Source: an uncultured archaeon
GTDB taxonomy: Archaea; Asgardarchaeota; Hermodarchaeia; Hermodarchaeales; Hermodarchaeaceae
Reading direction: 5' to 3'
DNA length: 40,036 nt
Assembly (NCBI GenBank): GCA_964347045.1
Contig: CAYFXC010000006.1
Span: 1 to 40,036, forward strand
Under the pieces are notes generated by a model. The model did no database searches and had not been told where the DNA came from. It saw nothing but the letters and a program-made list of their open reading frames with translations. Below, in pieces: positions 1 to 7,377 of this stretch (its first letter is position 1; each line of letters begins with the position of its first letter). The position numbers were made by a program, and so were the translations under genes.

Positions 1-1
1 A

Positions 2-388
2 GTCCTCCTCACTAATCAATTGTCGGCGCAGTTGTTTACGGTTATTATTCCGAGGACGTGGCACATCTATTTGCAAGCCACGTGCTGGACTCAGTAATCC
101 TAAGAAATTGAGGAACCGCTGAAGAATATGAGCATACACCCGTTGAGACGGTTGGTAGTTTTGCCATTGCTGAAGCCACACATCAACATCTTCACTTCTT
201 AACTGCCGTAATTGTAATTTGTGATCTTTGAGGAATTGCTGAAAATTGCGGAGGATGCGCGTGTACATCTGCACAGAGGCATCTGCCATGTGAGATTGGC
301 AGAGATCTAAAAATATGTTGAACAGTGATGCATCCCGTTTACCTTCTTTGATGAGGTGGGGACGGTTCTTGAACCTGGCTGGTGACAT
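2..388 (-). CDS. Tyrosine recombinase/integrase (XerA/XerD-like), N-terminal part; gene runs off the left edge
   Basis: Not in the ORF track. Manual translation from ATG 388 is open to position 2: MSPARFKN...FNIFLDLCQSHMADASVQMYTRILRNFQQFL...LRQLRSEDVDVWLQQW...YAHILQRFLNFL...QLISEED. This matches the core-binding domain pattern (S/T-V-x-x-Y-x-x-x-L-x-x-F...F-x-x-F-L) followed by the 'LSEE' start of the catalytic domain. Catalytic residues lie outside the window. Confidence 0.7.
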   Translation of the reverse strand, partial: MSPARFKNRPHLIKEGKRDASLFNIFLDLCQSHMADASVQMYTRILRNFQQFLKDHKLQLRQLRSEDVDVWLQQWQNYQPSQRVYAHILQRFLNFLGLLSPARGLQIDVPRPRNNNRKQLRRQLISEED

Positions 389-514
389 GCCTACCAGGAC
401 CAACAGCAGGGCGTACTTAACCGTATCTACTTATGATGAGCAAAATCTGCAAAAGAAACACTTATGCAGGAAATTATTCGGTATATATATTACTAGGTCA
501 CGGGAATGTAAACC

Positions 515-880
515 GTGAATCCGGCTGTGGAGAGCTTGAGCACGGAAGTTTATGTCGCAAAAATTCGTGGTTATATCCAAGAGGCACGGAAAAAGAGAAC
601 TCTCCAAGAGTATTTCGCAGCTGGTGTGTTGTATCAACGAGCAGCGAAGATTGCGCACAAGGCAGATCGATCACCACATAAATACGAGTCTCAAGCTCTC
701 GCCTGTTTTGAGATGCAACTTCAACAGAGTCTTGGCGATGAAGATTTTTCTAAGGCCGCAGATACATTAGAAAAAATTGCAGCAATGCATGAAAAAAGTG
801 GCGATACTCAGCTAGCAGCTGAGTTGCGGCTCCAAGCCAGTTATCTTCGCCTTCGGGGCATTGAGGCTTTGGTTTCGTAG
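515..880 (+). CDS. Small all-alpha TPR/alpha-SNAP-like repeat protein
   Basis: 121 aa with helical-hairpin motifs 'EYFAAGVLYQRAAKIA', 'DFSKAADTLEKIAAMHEKSGD', 'AAELRLQAS'; divergent from the recombinase. Confidence 0.6.
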   Translation: MNPAVESLSTEVYVAKIRGYIQEARKKRTLQEYFAAGVLYQRAAKIAHKADRSPHKYESQALACFEMQLQQSLGDEDFSKAADTLEKIAAMHEKSGDTQLAAELRLQASYLRLRGIEALVS

Positions 881-900
881 TAATTAAGTGAAACCTTATT

Positions 901-1521
901 CTAGTCTTCGCTACGTTCCCGAATAATGAGAATGAAGATAAAGATCAGCCCGACAGCGACCAAGACATCACCTAGCTGGTGTAAGTAGAGGGATTCAATG
1001 GTAATGATACCGATAGGGCTTGCGAAGCAGGGGATACCTGGTCCCACTGCTGAGCATCCAAGTTGTGAAGTAAACGCATAGTTCATGAATGCAATTGCTA
1101 CACCTAAGTTTATTAGACCAATCAAACCAAGGATGACAAGAACTGGTTTCTGGTTTAACCAGTGTCGGAACTGCTTGAAAATTTGAAACCACGGAATTCG
1201 GTCACTTCTATTACTTGATTCAGTTTGTGGGCTCCGATTGAGAAGAAGAGTAAATCCTGTAAGGATCATCCCGCTGATGAATAAAAGAATACCAAAGTAG
1301 TGCCACAAATCCGGAAAAACTCGAAAGTATGGGAAAAGAGACCATTGAATTACAATACGATAGCGAAGGGCAAAGATAGCTTCATCAAGGCATATCCAAA
1401 CGGCGAAAGTGATTATGAAGAAGGGAATGAACGCTAGTGTATAGAACATCCAATCGTGTTCAATTGTCCTTATGCGGTGAAACCAGTGTCTTCTTTTTCG
1501 CTCTTGTTGTCCTATCACCAA
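901..1521 (-). CDS. 4-TM membrane protein of unknown function with two H-x2-G-x6-G motifs
   Basis: Four hydrophobic segments; WHYFGILLFISG and LHQLGDVLVAVG; start overlaps the stop of the upstream paralogue. Confidence 0.7.
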   Translation of the reverse strand: MVIGQQERKRRHWFHRIRTIEHDWMFYTLAFIPFFIITFAVWICLDEAIFALRYRIVIQWSLFPYFRVFPDLWHYFGILLFISGMILTGFTLLLNRSPQTESSNRSDRIPWFQIFKQFRHWLNQKPVLVILGLIGLINLGVAIAFMNYAFTSQLGCSAVGPGIPCFASPIGIITIESLYLHQLGDVLVAVGLIFIFILIIRERSED

Positions 1522-2138
1522 ACTAACATCCCCTCTATGGAAAAGAACCCAAGTACAACTCTAATAGCGTTGATCGAGGCAATAATAATGAGCCCATAAA
1601 TAACAAAAAGATTTCCAATTGTATGAAGAAGAAGCGGCTCGATTTCGAAGATGAGGAAGACGTAGATATTCGATTGTAGAGTACCTTTCAAAAATTCGCC
1701 TTGATAGAGAAATGCCTGATGCATACAAAACCATACACCCATGCTTGCTAATAACAATCCAAAGAATCCAAGAATTTTAAAAAAATCAGAATGACACAGG
1801 AAATGAGTAAGGCGACTTTCAAATCGATTTGAGGTAGCATCGGATTTCTCAATGAAAACTAGAGTGAGCGAAATGGGAAGATAGAGGAACACAAATCCAA
1901 CCGATGCAAGAACAATTCCAATGTCATGCAACTGTGCTAAATTAAAAGCGGGGAGAATTGCGATTATTTCAGGAGGTAAATACTGTCCAAAATAGAGCTC
2001 CATGAAAGCACGACCTAAGAATCCTTCAACACCAATGAAAACCAAAAGAAACGCAAAGACACTCAACCCGATAAAAATCACTAGCAACTGTCGTTTTCTA
2101 CGTAATTGTTCACTGAGTCCGGAAGCAGATTGGATCAT
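1515..2138 (-). CDS. 4-TM membrane protein of unknown function, paralogue of 901..1521
   Basis: LHDIGIVLASVG and LHTIGNLFVIYG. Start placed at ATG 2138 (MIQSASG), preceded by GGAGG; the ORF track extends to 2204. Confidence 0.7.
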   Translation of the reverse strand: MIQSASGLSEQLRRKRQLLVIFIGLSVFAFLLVFIGVEGFLGRAFMELYFGQYLPPEIIAILPAFNLAQLHDIGIVLASVGFVFLYLPISLTLVFIEKSDATSNRFESRLTHFLCHSDFFKILGFFGLLLASMGVWFCMHQAFLYQGEFLKGTLQSNIYVFLIFEIEPLLLHTIGNLFVIYGLIIIASINAIRVVLGFFSIEGMLVW

Positions 2139-2281
2139 ATTCAATCCTCCAACTAATTCTTGGGTGAGTTTAGAATTGATACTTGTATTTGCATTTACCA
2201 TCATACTTATCTTGAATTTAGACTTACTTGTGAACCGATTTTAATCGGCTTTTTTGTAATTTCTTTGTGGCAATATTTAGA

Positions 2282-2968
2282 CTACTGACCTGACTTGTTG
2301 GCAAGGACCAGTTCTACAAACAAACCAAACATTGGTTGAACCTTCACTTCAAGAATGGTAAAATCAGCTTGCGCCAAAGCTTGACTTCCATAAATCGGAC
2401 GGCAATCCACCCATTGTGGAAAGAGTTTATGCACCCACTCGTAGAGGCGTTCAATTCGAGATTCATCTGTTTGTTTTAAGAGTGATACGTTTACAATCCG
2501 TCCATGCGGCTTGAGAACCCGTTTGCATTCTTTAAGCAGGCGTGGAATATCTGGAGTATCAAAGAGCTCAAGAGTGAAACTCATGAAAATCGCATCGAAT
2601 TGAGCAGCTCCAAAGGGCATCTTCATTGCGTCTTTACAATGAATGGTTACCCGGTCTGCGATTCCTGCCTTTTCTGTTCTTTGTCGAGCTATTCCACACA
2701 TTCTTTCTGAAATGTCAATTCCAGTTACTCTTCCGTTCTGTCCAACAAGATGAGCCAAATACACCAAGGCATGCCCTGTACCAAATCCAACCTCGAGCAC
2801 ATATTCCTTTGACTGTACATCAAGCATTCTTAGCCCAGTCATTGCATATTGCCTTTCAAATGAACCACTAATGAAATCATACAAAAGACTATAACGATTA
2901 TAAGTCGTCTTTGCAGCTTTACGTGAACGATTTACCCGACTAATTGGAGCTAGATTGGACATAGACAA
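2282..2968 (-). CDS. Class I SAM-dependent methyltransferase (UbiE/MenG-like)
   Basis: VLEVGFGTG motif I, GIDIS, 'DAMKMPF', 'FDAIFMSFTL', 'RVLKPHG'; N-terminal 'YNRYSLLYD'. Confidence 0.9.
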   Translation of the reverse strand: MSMSNLAPISRVNRSRKAAKTTYNRYSLLYDFISGSFERQYAMTGLRMLDVQSKEYVLEVGFGTGHALVYLAHLVGQNGRVTGIDISERMCGIARQRTEKAGIADRVTIHCKDAMKMPFGAAQFDAIFMSFTLELFDTPDIPRLLKECKRVLKPHGRIVNVSLLKQTDESRIERLYEWVHKLFPQWVDCRPIYGSQALAQADFTILEVKVQPMFGLFVELVLANKSGQ

Positions 2969-3050
2969 TCCCGCATTAACGATTCATGAAAATAATACGT
3001 TGCCGGAAGATTATAAGTGGTACTTTGTTTTACATCAAAAAAGAACAGAA

Positions 3051-3073
3051 GGATTGTGGACATCCCACAATCC
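3051..3073 (-). terminator. Hairpin terminator after the BNR-repeat gene
   Basis: GGATTGTGG-N5-CCACAATCC, a 9-bp perfect inverted repeat just after the stop, followed on the minus strand by TTCTGTTCTTTTT. Confidence 0.6.
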
Positions 3074-3084
3074 AATTTAATCAC

Positions 3085-4491
3085 CTATTCACCTCGACGT
3101 CTTTTTAGAATATAGAATATCACCACAATGATGATGCCAACTCCAATAATACCTATAATGAGGATTACTATTTCAAGGGGAAGCGGAAATACTGGTGCGA
3201 GGAACAGCCCTTGACGTGCAAAATAGATATCATGATCAATTCCGTTGCGACCATCCGTCCAGACGATGCACATTTCGCCGGTGGGAGCGGGGCGCATACA
3301 AAAATAGTCGCCAGGTCGAGAGAAGGTTAAAGAGAATCCTACCTCAGAGATTCGTTCATTAGTAGAGAATGTCGATGCTCCATCCGTGGAATAGCTGTAG
3401 AAAATGTTCCATTCCCCGAATCGTGCGTCTAACCAGGCAATATGAATCGTGTCATCATCAGTGATATACATTTCCACCATTCGTTGAATTCCAGTGGAAA
3501 CATCATTGACTTGTACGGGTGCAGCCCATGTTTGACCGCCATCAGTTGATTTGATAACAAAGATTTCTCCATAATTGGGAGCATTATTAGAGCCTGCTCC
3601 ATATGCCACATAGACGTTTTGTTGACTATCGGTATTAACAACGGTAATTAAGTCAACTAACGGATATACAGGATTGACAAGAATGCTGGGTGTCCATGTC
3701 ACTCCTCGGTCATCTGATCGTGTTAGAAAGATTTGAGTATCATCAGCTTCATCAGTTGTGCCATTGATATAGGTAATGAAGAGAGTATCATTTGAGGAGC
3801 AATGAATATAGGGGATAGCTGGTTCAGCAGGGATAGTAGTAGGGGAAAAGGTGGCGCCGCCATCAGTTGAGTTTGTCAGTCGTAGATCGACATCTTGGAT
3901 ATGGTAGGATTCATTTAACGTGAAATGATCCCAGATGATATACAAATTTCCTTGTGAATCAATGCAAGCGGTTTCCTTATCGTCAAATTCAGGTGTATCT
4001 GCAGCGTTAACCGGAGTTTCCCAAGTATCACCACCATCAGTTGTCTTAGCAACTCCCATGCCTTCAGGCGAATAATTCTGGGCGATATCATTGAACTCGA
4101 TCCAAATGAAGTAGACATTATCATTTCCATCAGCGACTAGCCATGGATCGGATTGAAAATTATTGGATGAAAGACGCGTCATGAGAATATTCGGAGAATA
4201 AGTTATTCCATCATCTGTCGAATAAGCAAACCCAACACGGCGACCAGGCCCGTCATGAGAATCAGCTTCTTTCCAACCCACAAGAATTCGTCCATCACTA
4301 AGGATAGTCATTGTAGGTTCAACTTGATCTGAATAAGGAGAAAAGCCATCTGTAACGCGGATATTTGTTCCAAATTCCATACTACCATTTTGAGCAAGCA
4401 CTCCTGGAGAAACACTCGTTACAGCAAGAGGAAGCACAAAAAACTGTGCCAGCATAAATATTATTAAAAGAAGTGCGCTTGAAACTTTCAT
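3085..4491 (-). CDS. Cell-surface BNR/Asp-box (sialidase-fold) beta-propeller protein
   Basis: Signal peptide; six Asp-boxes (STDDGITYS, TTDGGDTWE, STDGGATFS, SDDRGVTWT, STDGGQTWA, STDGASTFS); C-terminal TM helix plus KRRR tail. Confidence 0.9.
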   Translation of the reverse strand: MKVSSALLLIIFMLAQFFVLPLAVTSVSPGVLAQNGSMEFGTNIRVTDGFSPYSDQVEPTMTILSDGRILVGWKEADSHDGPGRRVGFAYSTDDGITYSPNILMTRLSSNNFQSDPWLVADGNDNVYFIWIEFNDIAQNYSPEGMGVAKTTDGGDTWETPVNAADTPEFDDKETACIDSQGNLYIIWDHFTLNESYHIQDVDLRLTNSTDGGATFSPTTIPAEPAIPYIHCSSNDTLFITYINGTTDEADDTQIFLTRSDDRGVTWTPSILVNPVYPLVDLITVVNTDSQQNVYVAYGAGSNNAPNYGEIFVIKSTDGGQTWAAPVQVNDVSTGIQRMVEMYITDDDTIHIAWLDARFGEWNIFYSYSTDGASTFSTNERISEVGFSLTFSRPGDYFCMRPAPTGEMCIVWTDGRNGIDHDIYFARQGLFLAPVFPLPLEIVILIIGIIGVGIIIVVIFYILKRRRGE

Positions 4492-4683
4492 CAGTTTTCA
4501 CCGGTATAGAATGAAAAAACTAGTTTCTCCAAGTTCACGCGTATAATATGTTCATGGGAACCGGCAAGTTCGTAATTTTGCTCTTTTGTGAGCCAAATGT
4601 TCTACATACCTAATAGCGGTTTGAGGAATCTTTATGGGGATTACTCGAATCTGAGTACTTTTGATTATATCGAGGTTTCAAAT

Positions 4684-4915
4684 ATGCGATATAATCGTAG
4701 TTTTGTTATCCTCTTTGCTCTCTGTGCTATGCTTTTTCATTTTGAATCAAGTGAGTCTACAGGGATTCCAACGATAGCTCCAATTACTTTTAAAGCACTC
4801 CCAGCGCCCACCGATTGATTTTCCCCCAGGCATTCCAGGTTTCCCGATCGAGGCGATGGTATTTGGGCTAATGCTGTCCTTTGGTGCGATTTTCATCGTA
4901 CGTCGACATAAATAG
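4684..4915 (+). pseudogene. Relic of a surface protein: signal peptide plus out-of-frame PGF-CTERM-like anchor
   Basis: Frame 1: MRYNRSFVILFALCAML...PAPTD* (stop 4816-4818). Frame 2 (open from 4778): ...PPIDFPPGIPGFPIEAMVFGLMLSFGAIFIVRRHK* (stop 4913-4915). Confidence 0.6.
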
Positions 4916-4918
4916 CAC

Positions 4919-4944
4919 AAGGTATCTTCTTAGAGAGATACCTT
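4919..4944. terminator. Hairpin between convergent units
   Basis: AAGGTATCT-N8-AGATACCTT inverted repeat followed by a pyrimidine/T tract on +. Confidence 0.55.
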
Positions 4945-4993
4945 CCCTCTCTCTTTTTCAGTGAATCAGTTTTTGTACTTCCCGTAGTGGATA

Positions 4994-6322
4994 TTACATT
5001 TCGAAGCCGGTTTTACCGGTTCCCCATTTATCTAATGCCACTTGTAGTTCCGGATGATTTTCTGCATAGTCTTTGAGAGAGATTCCCTGTACTGTCGCAT
5101 CAATGGCTTGACGAAAAGCGCGTGCACCTGCAGAGGGTCCACCATGTTCAGCGGGGAAGGCATGAATTCCGCCTCCGGTTCCTATCATGATTTCAGTTCC
5201 TAAATCTTCGATCACCATGGGTACATGACCTGGTGTAATTCCACCACTAGGCATGGGCATTGTGGGTTTAATGTGATGCAAGGGGTAATTCATTGCGCGT
5301 GCCATCTCAATGTATCGTTGTTTGAGCAAAGGGGCCTTTCCATAAGGTGCGGGAAATACTTCGATATCTACTCCTACCAATCGAGGGAGTTTTCCTATTA
5401 CAAGCTGGGTTGAAAGGCCACTAATTGGCGAGTAACTCATTGCACCGGCTATGTCCATATGTCCGAGTACGGGCACATTGATACTGGGATCATCGGTGAC
5501 TTGACGAACCGCACTATACCCCACTGCAAGATAATTAATCATTAAAGCATTGGCACCATGTTCTAAGGCAGCTTCAGCATTTTCCATAAGCCTAGGAATT
5601 CGATCTGTGATGTTAACCGTATAGAGGGTTTTTTCACCTTTCTCAGAATTAGCTTTATCAATGGCATCCATATAGAGAGGTAAGCGTTTGGTGACTCGAT
5701 TGAAAACAGGATCCGCGATTAGTTCATCGTCTTTAATAATATCAGCTCCACCTCGTGCCGCTTCATAAAGTAATTTTGCCCCAACTTTTGGTGGATATCC
5801 TGTACACGGTTTAATCATGTTATTGAGTAGGGGACGCCTTTTCACTCCTAGAGCTTTGAACACACCCTTTGTGCCAAACTTGGGACCTTGAAAGCCTTTC
5901 AACCAGCTCTTTGGAAAACGAAGATCCAGTACTTTGACACGTCCCCCCATACTAATGTTGCCAACAACCGTTGAGAGAAGCATCGGTATTTGTTGACCAA
6001 AGTTTATCCATGGAAATGCGACCTGTACAATATAGTGGCGATGAGTCACATCTTTGGGTAGACTATACTCATGATAAGGTCCCTCATAGATGCCAATGAC
6101 TTTGGCAACATGTTTTTTACGCATCTGCGGCGTTTCCCCAGGAACGAGCACCCATGTTCCCGTACTCTGTTCCACTGCGGCCATCTCACAGATATCTTTA
6201 ATTGGCAAACCAATTGGTGCCCCAAAATAATAGGTCGCGATGACATATTTTTCTGGATCAATTTCATCAGGCAACGCATTCGGTTGACTTTCAACTGGAA
6301 GTTCATTCGGCGACATTCTCAT
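4994..6322 (-). CDS. RuBisCO-like protein (form IV RLP)
   Basis: EQSTGTW, GPKFG, IKP, DIIKDDE (carbamylated Lys motif), SGG and GGGIHA motifs are present. Carboxylase residues are replaced: KPK to KPC, HRA to HMD. Confidence 0.92.
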   Translation of the reverse strand: MRMSPNELPVESQPNALPDEIDPEKYVIATYYFGAPIGLPIKDICEMAAVEQSTGTWVLVPGETPQMRKKHVAKVIGIYEGPYHEYSLPKDVTHRHYIVQVAFPWINFGQQIPMLLSTVVGNISMGGRVKVLDLRFPKSWLKGFQGPKFGTKGVFKALGVKRRPLLNNMIKPCTGYPPKVGAKLLYEAARGGADIIKDDELIADPVFNRVTKRLPLYMDAIDKANSEKGEKTLYTVNITDRIPRLMENAEAALEHGANALMINYLAVGYSAVRQVTDDPSINVPVLGHMDIAGAMSYSPISGLSTQLVIGKLPRLVGVDIEVFPAPYGKAPLLKQRYIEMARAMNYPLHHIKPTMPMPSGGITPGHVPMVIEDLGTEIMIGTGGGIHAFPAEHGGPSAGARAFRQAIDATVQGISLKDYAENHPELQVALDKWGTGKTGFEM

Positions 6323-6525
6323 TACACCTCGAACACAAAATCTAATTTAAAAAAGGGCTCAAACGCAGTATTTAGCCTTATTCATCAATCATTTAAAAAC
6401 AAAACAATTCAAGAGCCATCACCTTACTCGCTGTTATCATCGTCGTAGTCTTACTCATCTATTTTTCCTTCGACGCCGAGGTATAAAACGATATAACTTG
6501 TAGAAGCCGAGCCCCCACCTCCCTC

Positions 6526-7377
6526 TTATTTTTGCAGTAATAACTGCATTCTGAAGAGTTTGTGATGTAACTGGTATCCGCGTGATTCACAGAGTGCAGC
6601 AAGGTGTTTGTTTTCATGAAAAGTTATTCGTAGAACCTTTGAAGGAGGATCACAAAGCGGTTGAAATGCCAGAACATAATCATCAAACCCTGAGAGAGGA
6701 TGTAATTCAAAAGGGAAACACCCGGGAAAACTGGGAGTGAATCTAGTAGCTCCCACAATGCGACCAGAGCTGTCTTTGAGGGTATAGACATCTTGGCCCT
6801 TTTCTCTGAAACGTTTTATTGCCCCTATAGGAAGGGAGTTGGGAAAGAGATTAGCAACCATTTGGTGTTCCGCTAGTTTAATTAGATGAACTGAATAATG
6901 ACCTGACGCGGTAAGAGTTTTGAAGGGAATAAAATAGTGCCACGTTTGCCCGATAATGTTGAATCCAAATTTTTTATACAGTCCTTGAGCGTGCAGATTA
7001 TCTACTTGAGTATATAACTGGACTTGGCTTACACCTTTTTCTTTCTGAAACCAGTTTAATGCGTGCTGCATTAATCTTGAGCCTAGACCTTTGCCTTGCT
7101 CAGATTTCCGAATACCAATCCGCCCAAGGTGTGCAATCTCGTTGGTAAAACGCCCTAACACTAGGTAACCAATAAGGTCTCCCTGTTGTGTTTCCATTGC
7201 AAAGAAACCGGGAGTCTTAATACGTTTTTTGAAAAATTCCTTAGCGATTTGGTCTTTTTGATCGAAAATTTCTTTATCTAGCTGATGGAAGGTTTTCCAA
7301 TCTTTGCTTCGCATGGGACGAATCTTTAGTGGCTTTGACAAGACGAACCCTTCGGATACTATGTCATTTTCTGCCAT
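6526..7377 (-). CDS. GNAT-family N-acetyltransferase with a second degenerate domain
   Basis: Acetyl-CoA motif 'IGIRKSEQGKGLGSRLM' and 'NLHAQGLYKKFGF'; start overlaps the ppdK stop by 14 nt. Confidence 0.85.
   Translation of the reverse strand: MAENDIVSEGFVLSKPLKIRPMRSKDWKTFHQLDKEIFDQKDQIAKEFFKKRIKTPGFFAMETQQGDLIGYLVLGRFTNEIAHLGRIGIRKSEQGKGLGSRLMQHALNWFQKEKGVSQVQLYTQVDNLHAQGLYKKFGFNIIGQTWHYFIPFKTLTASGHYSVHLIKLAEHQMVANLFPNSLPIGAIKRFREKGQDVYTLKDSSGRIVGATRFTPSFPGCFPFELHPLSGFDDYVLAFQPLCDPPSKVLRITFHENKHLAALCESRGYQLHHKLFRMQLLLQK

Noticed and set aside
2235-2248. CCGATT-TT-AATCGG palindrome
   Set aside because: Short, single occurrence; cannot distinguish operator, terminator or chance.
4994-6322. 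Bona fide CO2-fixing RuBisCO (form III)
   Set aside because: KPK and HRA motifs and other RuBP-binding residues are replaced.
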